Source: Centroscyllium fabricii
Lineage: Eukaryota
DNA length: 64,000 bases
NCBI GenBank assembly: GCA_051313645.2
Contig: JBNRSN020000016.1
Coordinates: 80,104,001 to 80,168,000, forward strand
Direction: 5' to 3'
This document shows positions 25,601 through 37,410 of this stretch, one piece after another. The position numbers and the translations under genes are program-made. A model generated the notes under the pieces. That model ran no database searches. It was not told where the DNA came from and saw nothing but the letters and a program-made list of their open reading frames with translations. How positions within the stretch are numbered: the first letter of the stretch is position 1; each line of letters starts with the position of its first letter.

Positions 25601-27256
25601 TACCAATCTCCCCCGCCTGCTCTTGGCCACCGTAGCACACGGGCCCACAGCCACGGAGGTCCGCTACGACGTCTCCCTCCCGCAGCCCCGACCCATCGTC
25701 CCCCACGCATGGAGGCGACACATCTTCCAGACCCTCCATGACCTGTCCCACCCCGGTGTCCGCGCGTCCACAAAGCTGATCTCTGCGCGATTCGTTTGGC
25801 GCGGCCTGCGCAAGGATGTCCGCGCCTGGACCAACACCTGCAATGCCTGCCAGCGCGCCAAGGTGCACAAGCACATCAAGGCACCAGTGGAAACGATCGC
25901 CATCCCAGCTAGACGCTTCAGCCACGTCCACATCGACCTGGTCGGACCACTACCACCATCACGGGGACATACATATGTTATGACCATGGTCGACCGCAGC
26001 ACCCGCTGGCCAGAAGCGGTCCCCCTCACCGCTACCACCACCGCGGACCTGGCCAGGGCCTTCATTGCCACCTGGGTCGCACGTTTCGGTGTCCCCACCG
26101 ACATCACATCAGACAGGGGCCCCCAATTTACCTCAACCCTATGGGCAACCATCGCCCACGACCTCGGGGCAACCCTGCACTGAACCACCGTCTACCACCC
26201 ACAGGCCAATGGCCTCTGCGAACGGTTCCACCGCTCCATCAAAGCTTCCTTGCGGGCCAGCCTCAAAGACGCGACCTGGACCGACCGCCTGCCCTGGGTA
26301 ATGCTCGGCCTGCGTTCAGCGGCCAAGGAAGACCTGCACGCCTCAGCGGCGGAACTCGTCTATGGCCAACCCCTAACCATACCAGGCGAGTTCGTCGCAG
26401 AAACCAATGACCCCTGGTCAGCCGACCGCTGCCTCAAAGACTTCAATAACCAGGCAGGGGCGTTCAAACCACTCCCGGTGGCCCGGCACGGAGAGCCGGC
26501 AGCACGTGTTCCAGATGGCATCGAAAATGCCAAGTATGTGTTTGTCCGCCACGACGCACATCGAACACCACTACAGCCACCATACGACGGACCGTACAGA
26601 GTGCTTCGGGCGGGACCTAAAACGTTTCAGATTAAAATGGGCAACAGAGCTGAGACTGTCTCAATCGACCGGCTCAAACCGGCACATGTAATGGCGGGTG
26701 AGACAACAGTCCCCGCGCAGCCACCAAAGCGCGGACGCACTACCGCACCAAAGCCCGCCCACACTCCAACGCAGAACAAGGAGCAGCGCACGACATGTGC
26801 TGGCCGCATCATCCGGCCACCTCAACGCCTCGCCTGAGACTACACGAGCGGGCCGCATCATCAGGCCACCTCAACACCTCGCCTGAGACTCAACTTTTAT
26901 GCTCCATTTTTTAATTTTACTTTATGCTCCTTTCTACTTTAGCTTAAACTTCGCTCTCCCTCACAGATTCTGGGGGGAGCTGTGTGGCGACACGCCCACC
27001 AGGACCATCGAATCCGCCTCGGGAGTACTGCGAGACGGCCCCACCCGCCGGGCGGCGTGATGACGTCACCGCGACTTCCGGCGTGATGACGTCGCCAGGT
27101 GGACACCCGGCAGTGACGTCACCAATACCTTTAAATACCTTGGTTCCAGGTGGCTCACTCTCTTTCGCTACCTGGCCATAGCGGAGTTAATATTAAATGA
27201 TTGTTTTCCGAATCTTGTGTGTCCAGCGTGGTTCTTCAGACCTGCATGCCTCTACA
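22637..27256 (+). mobile_element. Gypsy LTR retrotransposon E (CsRn1-like), inserted in the 3' LTR of B
   Basis: LTRs 22637-22915 and 26983-27256, 4-bp TSD TAGG/TGGG, PBS TGGTGACC.. (tRNA-Trp type) at 22917, PPT GGGGGGAG, CHCC-type Gag motif CYYH-x9-C-x3-C. Confidence 0.93.
23012..26837 (+). pseudogene. Element E gag-pol (one frameshift near 23437, one TGA at 26181-26183)
   Basis: LPEFW, FLCDTGA protease, YLDD RT, TDAS RNase H, HHCC and DDE integrase, GPY motif. Confidence 0.92.
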
Positions 27257-27375
27257 TGGGTACGATTACAGAGATACATAACGGGGTGGGTATGTACAAG
27301 GAAACAGTGGTTTACCACATTCACCCCTTCTTTAAAACAAAAGTCCGGCGGGGTGAACGCGACAGTTTTTTTAAT

Positions 27376-30300
27376 TTACAAATTAAGTCGCTCCGGCGGC
27401 CTGGTGATCCTGGTTGAGCGTCGCACCGCTAGTGGTGTCAGCGGTCGTGGAGTGGCCGGTCGGGTTGGTTGCATCAATGGTGATGATGCCGGTTGGCGAG
27501 CGGTGGTTGATAACGTCGGTTGGTTTCTGGTTGGTGCCCTTGTAGCGACAGTAGGAGGCGCGCTCTCTCCCTCGTCGTCTGACTCTAGGGGGCGTGTACT
27601 GTGGAGCCATGCTGGAGGCCATGCCGTGCTGCCCGCAGGTGCCGGGTGGACGTACCGGGGTGCTGGGTTCTCGTGCCGGGGAGCGTACCTTGGCGCCGGT
27701 GGCCCGGGTGGAGTGGCTGGCCGCGGTGGCCCGGGTGGAGTGGCTGGCCGTCTTGGGTGCGCAGGCTGCTGGGCGGGCCTGGGTTTGGGGGCTCCCGCTG
27801 GCGCCAGGTCCTTGATGGACACGGTGTCCTCCCTCCCGTCGGGGTACGCCACGTAGGCGTACTGGGGATTGGCGTGCAGGAGGTGGACCCGTTCAACCAG
27901 GGGATCTGCCTTGTGACCCCTCACATGCTTCCGTAGTAGGACTGGCCCTGAGGATAGCAGCCACGATGGTAGCGAGGTCCCAGAAGCCGACTTCCTGGGG
28001 AAGGCAAAAAGTCGCTCGTGAGGGGTGGCATTAGTGGCCGTACACAGGAGGGACCGGATGGAGTGGAGCGCTTCAGGGAGGACGTCCTGCCAGCGGGAGA
28101 CTGGGAGGCCTTTAGACCGTAGGGCTAACAGGATGGCCTTCCAGACAGTGGCGTTTTCCCTCTCTACCTGTCCGTTCCCCCGGGGATTGTAGCTGGTAGT
28201 CCTGCTAGTCGCGATGCCTTTGGCTAGCAGAAACTGACGCAGCTCGTCACTCATAAAAGAGGCCCCCCGGTCGCTATGAATGTAGCTGGGGTAGCCGAAC
28301 AGAGAGAAGATGCTGTGGAGGGCTTTGATGACAGTGGCCGAGGTCATGTCCGGGCAGGGGATGGCGAAGGGGAAGCGGGAGTACTCGTCAATTACGTTGA
28401 GGAAGTACACGTTCCTGTTGAAGGAGGGAAGGGGTCCTTTAAAATCGACGCTGAGTCGTTCAAAGGGGCGGGTGGCCTTGATCAGGTGCGCCCGGTCTGG
28501 CCGATAGAAGTGCGGCTTGCACTCCGCACAGACCTGGCAATTGCTGGTCAGGGTCTTGACCTCCTCGATGGAGTAGGGGAGGTTGCGGGACTTCACAAAG
28601 TGAACCAACCTGGTGACCCCCGGGTGGCAGAGGTCATTGTGAAGGGTTTGGAGGCGGTCTGTCTGTGCGCTGGCACATGTACCGCGGGATAGGGCGTCTG
28701 GGGGTTCGTTAAATTTCCTGGGCCTGTACAAGATATCGCAATTGAACGCGGAGAGTTCAATTCTCCACCTTAATATCTTGTCGTTCTTGATTTTACCCCG
28801 CTCTTTGTTGTTGAACATAAAAGTGACTGAGCGTTGGTCAGTCAGCAGGGTAAATCGCTTGCCGGCCAGGTAGTGCTTCCAGTGACGCACTGCTTCAACG
28901 ATGGCTTGGGCCTCCTTCTCAACGGAAGAGTGACGGGTCTCGGGGCCCTGGAGGGTACGCGAGAAGAAGGCCACGGGTCTGCCCGCCTGGTTAAAGGTGG
29001 CGGACAGGGCAAAGTCCGTGCATCGCTCTCTACCTGAAATGGGACGGACTCGACCACGGCGTGCATCGTTGCCTTCGCAATGTCGTCCTTAATGCCGCAG
29101 AATGCCGTGCGGGCATCTGCTGACAGAGGGAATGAGGTGGATTTAAGCAGTGGGCGAGCTTTGTCTGCATAATTGGGGACCCACTGGGCATAATAGGCAA
29201 AGAAACCCAAGCACCGTTTAAGGGCCTTGGGGGAGTGGGGGAGGGGGAGCTCCATGAGGGGGCGCATGCGGTCCGGGTCGGGACCGATGACCCCATTCTC
29301 CACAACACTGCCGAGGATGGCAAGGCGGGTGGTACTGAACACACATTTTTCAGTGTTATACGTCAGATTGAGTGTTTTGGCGGTGTGGAGAAATTTCTGG
29401 AGGTTGGCGTCATGGTCCTGCTGATCGTGGCCGCAGATGGTCACGTTATCGAGGTACGGGAAAGTGGCTCGCAGCCCGTACTGATTGACCATTCGGTCCA
29501 TCTCCCTTTGGAAGACCGAGACCCCATTCGTGACGCCAAACGGAACCCTGAGGAAGTGGTAGAGGCGACCGTCAGCCTCGAAGGCAGTATAGAGACGGTC
29601 CTCTGGGCGAATGGGAAGCTGGTGATATGCGGACTTCAGATCTATGGTGGAGAACACCCGGAACTGCGCGATCTGATTCACCATGTCCGCTATCCGGGGG
29701 AGGGGGTATGCGTCTAGCTGGGTGAACCGATTGATGGTCTGACTATAGTCCACTACCATCCGGTTCTTCGCTCCGGTTTTCACCACCACTACCTGCGCCC
29801 TCCAGGGGCTATTACTGGCCTCGATAACCCCCTCCTTCAGGAGGCGCTGCACCTCGGACTTGATAAAGTCCATGTCCCCAGCACTGTAGCGCCTACTCTT
29901 GGTGGCGACGGGCTTGCAGTCTGGGGTGAGGTTGGCAAAGAGCGAGGGAGGGGCGACCTTAAGGGTCGAGAGGCCACAGGTAGCGCGCCGGGGGTGCTGC
30001 GCCGAGCACCGGTTGCTGACCGTGAGCGAGGGAAGGGGCCCACCGTACGCCATGGTAATGCTTTGGAGATGGCACTGGAAGTCCAGACCCAATAGTAATG
30101 GAGCGCAGAGCTGCGGCAGCACGAAAAAGCTAAAGTTACTAAAGTGCACGCCCTGCACCTTTAGAGCCTCTGCGCAACGCCCGGAGACGTCCGCAGATTC
30201 TGATTTGGAAGCCATTGAAATCTTTTGGCTCGCTGGCATAACCTTAAGGGAGAGGCGCTTTACTATCTCAGGATGAACAAAACTCACCGTGCTCCCACTG

Positions 30301-31355
30301 TCGAAAAGGCACACCACGTCCTGTCCGTTCACTCCCACCGGCATCATCGATTTCCCGAGTGATTGAGCCTTATTCTGGTCCAGAGTCACCGATGCCAATA
30401 TTGGATCAGACGATTCCTCTTGATCCGACGAGAAGTCCTCCGGGGCCGGTTCCCAAGATGGCTGCCACCATGCGGTGTACTGCGGAGGGGGTGGCTGGGT
30501 CCAATATGGTGACTGCTGCCACGCGGGGTGCTGAGTGGGGGATGGTTGAGTCCAATATGGCTGCCCCCATGTTCCACACGCGGCGCTGCCCGGTTTCGGT
30601 TTAGGGGCTGTGATCGCCTTACAGACTTTGGCGTAATGTCCCTTCTTTCCACATTTTGAGCAGGCCGCTTCTCTTGCCGGGCAGCTGCGTCTCGGATGCT
30701 GAGACTGCCCGCAGAAGTAACATTTTGCCGTCTTAGCATGAGCGGCTGCGATCATTTCTTCCGCCGGCCGTTGTGCCGGCGCTGTCCAAGATGGCGGGGC
30801 TGGGCCCGTATAGTTGCCGGAGTATGACGATAGGTTTAGTGAGGCCATGTCCAGCGCATTGCCCAGATCCGCTGTTGCCTGCAGGTCAAGGCCGTTCTGT
30901 TCTAACAGCCTCTGTCTGATATAGTCCGACCTGAGGCCTGTAACATATGCGTCTCTGATTAGACTGTCCACATGGATCTGGGCCGATTGCGCTCTGCAGT
31001 TACAGACCCGAGATAGCACTCTCAGCGCTCTTAAAAATTCCACGCTGGACTCACCGGGTTGCTGCTTCCTGGTGGCTAGGATGTGTCTGGCGTGGATGAT
31101 ATTGGGTGCCCGGTTGTACTCTGCCTTGAGGATCCTGATAGCATCCAAGAATGATGATGCGTCCATGATCATAGAGTACACCTGAGGGCCCACCCGGGCG
31201 TTGCGGAGCCGCCGTTTGTCCTCTTCGGTCCTGACGACCGCTGCGTTCGCTCTCAGGTACGCATCGAAACAGTCATACCAGTGCGAGAATGTGTTTGATG
31301 CGCCTGGTGTCCGGGGATCCAATTCAAACGTTGCTGGCTTGAGCACCGCGTCCAT
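27376..31355 (-). pseudogene. Element B single gag-pol ORF with one 1-nt deletion near 29019
   Basis: ORF 28842-31361 runs gag, knuckles, LFDSGS and RT (YLDN) in one frame. ORF 27376-28974 has RNase H and integrase. Confidence 0.92.
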
Positions 31356-31672
31356 CTTCAAAATTTAGCGAATAAAATTGTGACCGAAATAACGACCTCT
31401 TGGACGAGTAGTTAGAAGGGTGAAACAATACGGCTTTTATTCGCTAAATGGTGGACATGCACCAGCTAGTCGACCGTCCCCAGGAATGGCTGGGGGATGG
31501 GAGACGGCCGCTTATATACCTCCTCCTGGGAGGGAGGAGTCGCGGGCGGGGCCAGCATGGGCATGTCCAGGTAATCGCACAACAGTTTATGTACAACATG
31601 AATATAGGTACGATTACAGAGATACATAATGGGGTGGGTATGTACAAGGAAACAGTGGTTTACCACAGTATC

Positions 31673-32417
31673 ACCAACTCCCGATCCGGAAAGCCGACTG
31701 CCAGTACACCGCCTTCGAGGCGAACGGTCGGCTCTACCACTTCCTCCGGGTCCCCTTCGGCGTGACCAACGGAGTGTCGGTATTCCAGAGGGAGATGGAC
31801 CGTATGGTTGACCAAAACTGGTTGCAGGCCACCTTCCCCTACCTGGACAACGTGACCATCTGCAGCCATGACCAGCAGGAACACAATGCCAACCTGGCCA
31901 AATTTCTCCACGCGGCGAAACGGCTCGATCTCACTTACAATAAAGACAAGTGCGTCTTTAATACAGATCGGCTCGCCATCCTCGGATACGTGGTGGAAAA
32001 CGGGGTCCTCAGCCCCGACCCACAGCGTATGCGCCCCTTACAGGAACTGCCCCTACCTCACAACCCCAAAGCCCTGAGGAGATGTCTGGGATTTTTCTCC
32101 TATTACGCGCAATGGGTTCCCCAGTTTGCGGATAAGGCCAGACCGCTCCTCAAGGCTGACGTCTTCCCTCTCGCGGTAGAAGCCCAAACGGCGTTCGCCC
32201 TGATTAAGGAAGACATTATCAAGGCGACCATGCACGCCGTTGATGAGTCCATCCCTTTCCAGGTGGAGAGTGACGCTTCGGACTTTGCCCTTGCCGCCAC
32301 CCTGAATCAGGCAGGCAGGCCCATAGCGTTTTATCCCGCACCCTACAGGGACCCGAAACTCACCACTCTGCAGTGGAAAAGGAGGCCCAGGCCATCGTGG
32401 AGGCCGTGCGCTACTGG
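31673..32417 (+). pseudogene. Element A RT and RNase H
   Basis: PFGVTNG, YLDN (31840-31851), ESDASD. Confidence 0.9.
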
Positions 32418-32506
32418 TAAACATAACATAGAAACATAGAAAATAGGTGCAGGAGTAGACCATTCGGTCCGTCGAGCCTGCACCGCCATTCAACACGCTC
32501 ATGGCT
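32418..32506 (-). mobile_element. Short second CR1-type 3' tail abutting the full-length CR1
   Basis: ACATAGAA repeats followed by GCAGGAGTAGACCATTCGG, a different tail repeat from the adjacent GAACACA(A/G) tail. Confidence 0.65.
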
Positions 32507-32828
32507 GAACACAAGAACACAAGAACACAGGAACACAGGAACACAGGAACACAAGAACACAAGAACTAGGAGCAGGAGTAGGCCAATCGGCCCCCCGAGC
32601 CCACCCCCCCACCCATCAAGATCATTTCTGATCCTACCCTAACCTTCATACCACTATCACCCTTCTCCCACCCAAAGAACCGTGTGATCTCCTGGGAGAG
32701 GCGAAAAACCGGATAAAAACCCTGGTCCAATTTGGGAAAAAAAATCTGGGAAATTCCTCTCCAACCCCAATCCAGGCGATCGAAACTTGTCCAGGAGATC
32801 ACTCAGGTCTTACTATACTAACCATAAC

Positions 32829-35723
32829 TCAGGTCCACTTCCCTGCCCGCTCCCCGTAACCCCTAATTCCCTTGTCTGCTAAAAAACAGTCTATTTCGGT
32901 TTTAAATTTATTTAATGTTCCCGCTTCCACAGCTCCCTGAGGCAGTGAATTCCATAGATTAACCACCCTCTGGGTGAAGAAGTTTCTCCTCATCTCAGTT
33001 TTAAAAGAGCCCCCCCTTATTCTAAGACTATGCCCCCTAGTTCTAGTCTCCCCGATCATTGGAAACATCCTTGGCGCATCCACCCGATCAAGGCCCCTCA
33101 CGATCTTATACGTTTCAATAAGATCGCCTCTCATTCTTCTGAACTCTAAAGAGTAGAGTCCCAACCTACTTAACCTTTCCTCATATGTCAACCCCCTCAT
33201 CGCTGGAATTAACCGTGTAAACCTTCTCTGCACTGCCTCCAAGGCAAGTACATCCTTTCTTAAGTATGGACACCAAAACTGTACACAGTATTCCAAATGC
33301 GGTCTCACCAATACTGTGTACAGCTGCAGCAAGACCTCCCTTCTTTTATACTCTATCCCCCTAGCAATAAAGGCTAAGACTCCATTGGCCTTCCTAATCA
33401 CTTGCTGCACCTGCATACTAACTTTCTGTGATTCATGCACTAATACCCCCAAGTCCCTTTGCGTTGTATTACCACGCAGCTCCTCCCCATTTAGAAAATA
33501 ACTTGCTCTATGATTTTTTTTTCCAAAATGTATAACCTCACATTTATCAGTATTAAATTTCATCTGCCAAATTGCTGCCCAATCACCTAGCTTATCTATG
33601 TCCTTTTGCAGGCTTTTTCTGTCCTCCTCACTCCCTGCTTTTCCTCCCATTTTTGTGTCATCTGCAAACTTTGATATATTACACTTGGTCCCCTCCTCCA
33701 AATCATTTATATAGATTGTAAACAGCTGGGGTCCCAGCACCGACCCCTGCGGAACACCGCTAGTCACCGATTGCCATCCCGAGTATGAACCATTTATCCC
33801 CACTCTCTGCTTCCTGTTTGAAAGCCAATCCTCCACCCATGCTACTATATTTCCCCCAATCCCATAATTTTTTATTTTAAGCAATAGCCTCTTATGTGGC
33901 ACCTTGTCAAAAGCCTTTTGGAAGTCCAAGTATACCACATCCACCGGTTCCCCTTTATCCACCCGAGATGTTACTTCCTCAAAGAATTCGAGCAAATTAG
34001 TTAAACATGACTTCCCCTTCGTAAAACCATGCTGAGTCTGTCCGATTAAGTTATGTTTATCCAAATGCCCAGTCAGTGTTTCTTTAATAATGGTCTCTAA
34101 CATTTTAGCCACCACAGATGTTAGACTAACCGGTCTATAGTTACCAGCCTTCTGTCTACTACCCTTTTTAAATATAGGTGTTACATTAGCCATTTTCCAA
34201 TCCACCGGGACCCTTCCTGACTCCAGGGAGTTTTGGAAAATTATCACCAATGCATCTACAATCCCCACCGCTATTTCTCTCAAGACCCTAGGATGTAATC
34301 CATCAGGCCCAGGGGATTTATCCGCCTTAAGTCCCATTAATTTACCTAATACCATCTCCTTAGTGATCTTAATAGTGTTTAACTCCTCCATTCCTATAGC
34401 CCCCTGTTTGTCCAGCGTTGGAATATTTTTAATGTCTTCTACGGTAAAGACTGATACAAAATATTCGTTTAATGCTTTTGCCATCTCCATGTTCCCCACC
34501 AACAAATTCCCAGTCTCACCCTCCAATGGACCAACATTCACCTTAGCCACCCTTTTTCTTTTTATATAACTATAAAAACTCTTGCTATTAGTTTTTATGT
34601 TTTTCGCTAAATTACTTTCATACTCTATTTTCCCCTTCTTAATTAATCTCTTTGTTATTTTTTGCTGACTTTTAAATGCTTCCCAATCTTCTATCTTCCC
34701 ACTGTATCTGGCTACCTTATATACCCTTGCCTTTAGCCGAATACTATCCTTTATTACTTTACTTAGCCACGGTTGGCTGTCCTTTCCTATACCCCTTTTT
34801 TTCTTCAGTGGAATGTATTTTTCTTGAAGGTTGTACACTAACTCCTTAAAAGTACACCACTGCTCATGTACCGTCTTATTCTTTAGTCCGTTATCCCAAT
34901 CTACTTTAATCACTTCTGTTCTCATACCTTCATAATCTCCCTTGTTTAGACTAAGTACCCTGGTTTTAGTTTCGAATTGCTCCCCCTCTAGTTGAATATG
35001 GAATTCGACCATATTGTGGTCACTCGTTCCAAGAGGGTCCCTAACTATGACATTTTTAATTAATCCTGCTTCATTACACAGGACCAGATCCAAGATTGCC
35101 TCCCCCCTTGTCGGTTCAGTGACATACTGTTCTAAGAACCCATCCCTAATACACTCTATAAACTCTTCCTCTAGTCTACCCTGCCCAGTTTGATTTGCCC
35201 AGTTGATATGAAAGTTAAAGTCCCCCATGATTACAGCAGTTCCTTTATTACATGCTTCAACTATTTGCTGATTTATGTTTTGACTAACATAGTCACAACT
35301 ATTTGGAGGTCTATAGATTACACCCACTAGTGTTTTTTTCCCCTTATTATTCTCTATCTGTACCCAAGCTGTTTCACTATCCTGATCCTTTGACCCAATA
35401 TCCTTCCTTTCTATTGCAGTTATTCCATCCTTTATTAAAAAGGCCACCCCACCTCCTTTTCTTTCCTGTCTGTCTTTTCTGATTGTCAAGTAACCCTCTA
35501 TGTTTAACTCCCAGTCCTGATCACCCTGCAGCCATGTTTCCGTAATGGCCACAATATCATACCTATACGTGCTTAATTGTACCGTCAATTCATCTATCTT
35601 ATTGCGAATACTACGTGCATTCAAATAAAGCACTTTCACATGTGTTTTACTACCCTTTATTTCTGTTTTTGCCCCTTTTACGACTATACCCTTATCTTCA
35701 TACATTCTGTATCCTCCTAGCAC
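32829..35723 (-). CDS. CR1 ORF2p (APE endonuclease + reverse transcriptase)
   Basis: Open 964-aa frame: YLNARSI, ITETW, GDFN, SDH; QHGF, YLDFQKAFD, GVPQGSVLGP, FADD. The start codon is uncertain (first ATG at 35705). Confidence 0.93.
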   Translation of the reverse strand: MLGGYRMYEDKGIVVKGAKTEIKGSKTHVKVLYLNARSIRNKIDELTVQLSTYRYDIVAITETWLQGDQDWELNIEGYLTIRKDRQERKGGGVAFLIKDGITAIERKDIGSKDQDSETAWVQIENNKGKKTLVGVIYRPPNSCDYVSQNINQQIVEACNKGTAVIMGDFNFHINWANQTGQGRLEEEFIECIRDGFLEQYVTEPTRGEAILDLVLCNEAGLIKNVIVRDPLGTSDHNMVEFHIQLEGEQFETKTRVLSLNKGDYEGMRTEVIKVDWDNGLKNKTVHEQWCTFKELVYNLQEKYIPLKKKRGIGKDSQPWLSKVIKDSIRLKARVYKVARYSGKIEDWEAFKSQQKITKRLIKKGKIEYESNLAKNIKTNSKSFYSYIKRKRVAKVNVGPLEGETGNLLVGNMEMAKALNEYFVSVFTVEDIKNIPTLDKQGAIGMEELNTIKITKEMVLGKLMGLKADKSPGPDGLHPRVLREIAVGIVDALVIIFQNSLESGRVPVDWKMANVTPIFKKGSRQKAGNYRPVSLTSVVAKMLETIIKETLTGHLDKHNLIGQTQHGFTKGKSCLTNLLEFFEEVTSRVDKGEPVDVVYLDFQKAFDKVPHKRLLLKIKNYGIGGNIVAWVEDWLSNRKQRVGINGSYSGWQSVTSGVPQGSVLGPQLFTIYINDLEEGTKCNISKFADDTKMGGKAGSEEDRKSLQKDIDKLGDWAAIWQMKFNTDKCEVIHFGKKNHRASYFLNGEELRGNTTQRDLGVLVHESQKVSMQVQQVIRKANGVLAFIARGIEYKRREVLLQLYTVLVRPHLEYCVQFWCPYLRKDVLALEAVQRRFTRLIPAMRGLTYEERLSRLGLYSLEFRRMRGDLIETYKIVRGLDRVDAPRMFPMIGETRTRGHSLRIRGGSFKTEMRRNFFTQRVVNLWNSLPQGAVEAGTLNKFKTEIDCFLADKGIRGYGERAGKWT

Positions 35724-35812
35724 ACTTCGATTTTCAGATTCCCCACTGAATCCCTGCTCTAATTCATTTTCCCCAGTCGTTATTATCTCTCTTAAAACCT
35801 CCCCCCCGCTAC

Positions 35813-36766
35813 TTAGTTTAAAGACCTCTCTATTGCCCTAGTTATATGATTTGCCAGGACCCTAGTCCCAGCACGGTTCAGGTGAAGTCCGTCCCAACGG
35901 AACAGCTCCCCCCTGTCCCAGTACTGATGCCAGTGTCCCAAGAAACCAAACCCACTTTTCCCACACCAGTCTTTGAGCCACGCATTTAGCTCTCTAATTT
36001 TATTTACCCTCGCCAATTTAGCCCGTGGCTCAGGTAGTAATCCGGAGATTATTACCCTGGAGGTTCTGTTTTTTAATTTGTTCCCTAACAACTCAAACTC
36101 CCTTAACAGAACCTCTTTCCTCGTCCTTCCTATGTCGTTGGTACCGACATGGACCACGACCACTGGATCCTCCCCCTCCCACTGCAAATTTCTCTCCAGC
36201 CCAGCAGAGATGTCCTTAACCCTAGCACCGGGCAGGCAACACAGCCTTCGGGACTCCTTCTGTCGGCTACAGAGAACCCTATCTATCCCCCTAATAATAC
36301 TATCCCCTACCACTACAACATTTCCTCTAACTCCTCCCTCTTGAATGGCCCCCTGATCCACGGTGCTGTGGCCAGGTTGCTCATCCGTCCCACAGCCCCC
36401 GTTCCTGTCCTCACAGTGAGTAAGAGCCTCGATCCTGTTTGGCAAGCACAAGGGCTGTGGCTCCTGCAGCATCTCCTCCTGGATCCCCCTACCTGCCTCG
36501 CTCATGGACACACCTTCCTGTCCTTGTTCACTAACTTCAGAATTATTTAAACTGGTTGGTGTGACCATCCCCCGGCACATAATATCCAGGTAATACTCCC
36601 CCTCCCTGATGTACCGCAGCGTATGAAGCTGGGTCTCCAGCTCATCAATACGGAGCAAGAGTTCCTCTAGCCTCAAACACTTACTGCAGGTGTAGGGATC
36701 GACGGCATCAACGGTGCCTACGCATTCCCACATCTGGCAGTATTGGCACATCACCTGCTCGTCCAT
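35813..36766 (-). CDS. CR1 ORF1p (N-terminal Cys motif, coiled coil, SGNH esterase)
   Basis: CxxC..CxxC, heptads LEELLLRIDELETQL, GDSIIR, VHVGTND, DGLH. Confidence 0.92.
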   Translation of the reverse strand: MDEQVMCQYCQMWECVGTVDAVDPYTCSKCLRLEELLLRIDELETQLHTLRYIREGEYYLDIMCRGMVTPTSLNNSEVSEQGQEGVSMSEAGRGIQEEMLQEPQPLCLPNRIEALTHCEDRNGGCGTDEQPGHSTVDQGAIQEGGVRGNVVVVGDSIIRGIDRVLCSRQKESRRLCCLPGARVKDISAGLERNLQWEGEDPVVVVHVGTNDIGRTRKEVLLREFELLGNKLKNRTSRVIISGLLPEPRAKLARVNKIRELNAWLKDWCGKSGFGFLGHWHQYWDRGELFRWDGLHLNRAGTRVLANHITRAIERSLN

Positions 36767-37040
36767 CTTATATAATTAATTTTAGTTCCTAGTTAAGAAT
36801 CCTCTACACGGATTAACTATATTGAAAACACACCCCTATTTATTTAAGCTTACCACTTATAAACGGGAAAGTACTCACCCCAGCAATGAATCACCTACTA
36901 GCTTGGCTGACTGGTGGATAAATGAGTATGCTCAGCCTGTCCGGTCCACAGCTCCTCTTCAATGCGTGGTAAACCTGTGAACCTGTGAAGAAGGGAAGGA
37001 AAGGGAAAAACAGACAGAAACACAGCAGACACCAGAGAAC

Positions 37041-37222
37041 CTCCCAGTGTCCGAACTCCCAGTGTCCGAACTCCCAGTGTCCGAACTCCCAGTGTCCGAA
37101 CTCCCAGTGTCCGAACTCCCAGTGTCCGAACTCCCAGTGTCCGCACTCCCAGTGTCCGCACTCTCCGCCGCCGCACTCTCCGCCGCCGCACTCTCCGCCG
37201 CCGCACTCTCCGCCGCCGCACT
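37041..37222. repeat. 15-bp tandem arrays in the CR1 5'UTR (CCGAACTCCCAGTGT grading into CCGCACTCTCCGCCG)
   Basis: Seen directly, about 12 units. Confidence 0.9.
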
Positions 37223-37410
37223 CCGCGCAGATGCACTAGGTCCCGCCCCTTTAATATCCGTTTTTTAAATTCTTGTTTGGCTTTTTCTTTTTAATTTCTT
37301 TTTACCCCAAACTCTCTTAAATACACAAGTTAATGAACTTCTGTAACTTTCCCAAAAAGTTTAACCTTCTTTCAGAAACCACTCACACAGCTAATGGACA
37401 GAACTTTTCA

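Larger units (their letters stand above)
22407..31667 (-). mobile_element. Gypsy LTR retrotransposon B (Mag-like), inserted in the RT of A
   Basis: 5' LTR 31379-31667. 3' LTR 22407-27319, interrupted by E. TSD GTATC (22402-22406 / 31668-31672). About 6 LTR mismatches by eye. Confidence 0.95.
32507..37410 (-). mobile_element. Full-length CR1 LINE with intact ORF1 and ORF2
   Basis: 8-bp tail repeats, 3'UTR, ORF2, ORF1 and a 5'UTR with tandem repeats. Element A resumes at 37411. Confidence 0.93.

Noticed and set aside
27197-27936. Long antisense ORFs over GC-rich pol regions as possible env or accessory genes
   Set aside because: Shadow frames of GC-rich coding sequence, not conserved among A-D.
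37041-37222. Regular repeat array as a possible CRISPR
   Set aside because: Head-to-tail 15-mers with no unique spacers and no cas genes; eukaryotic LINE 5'UTR.
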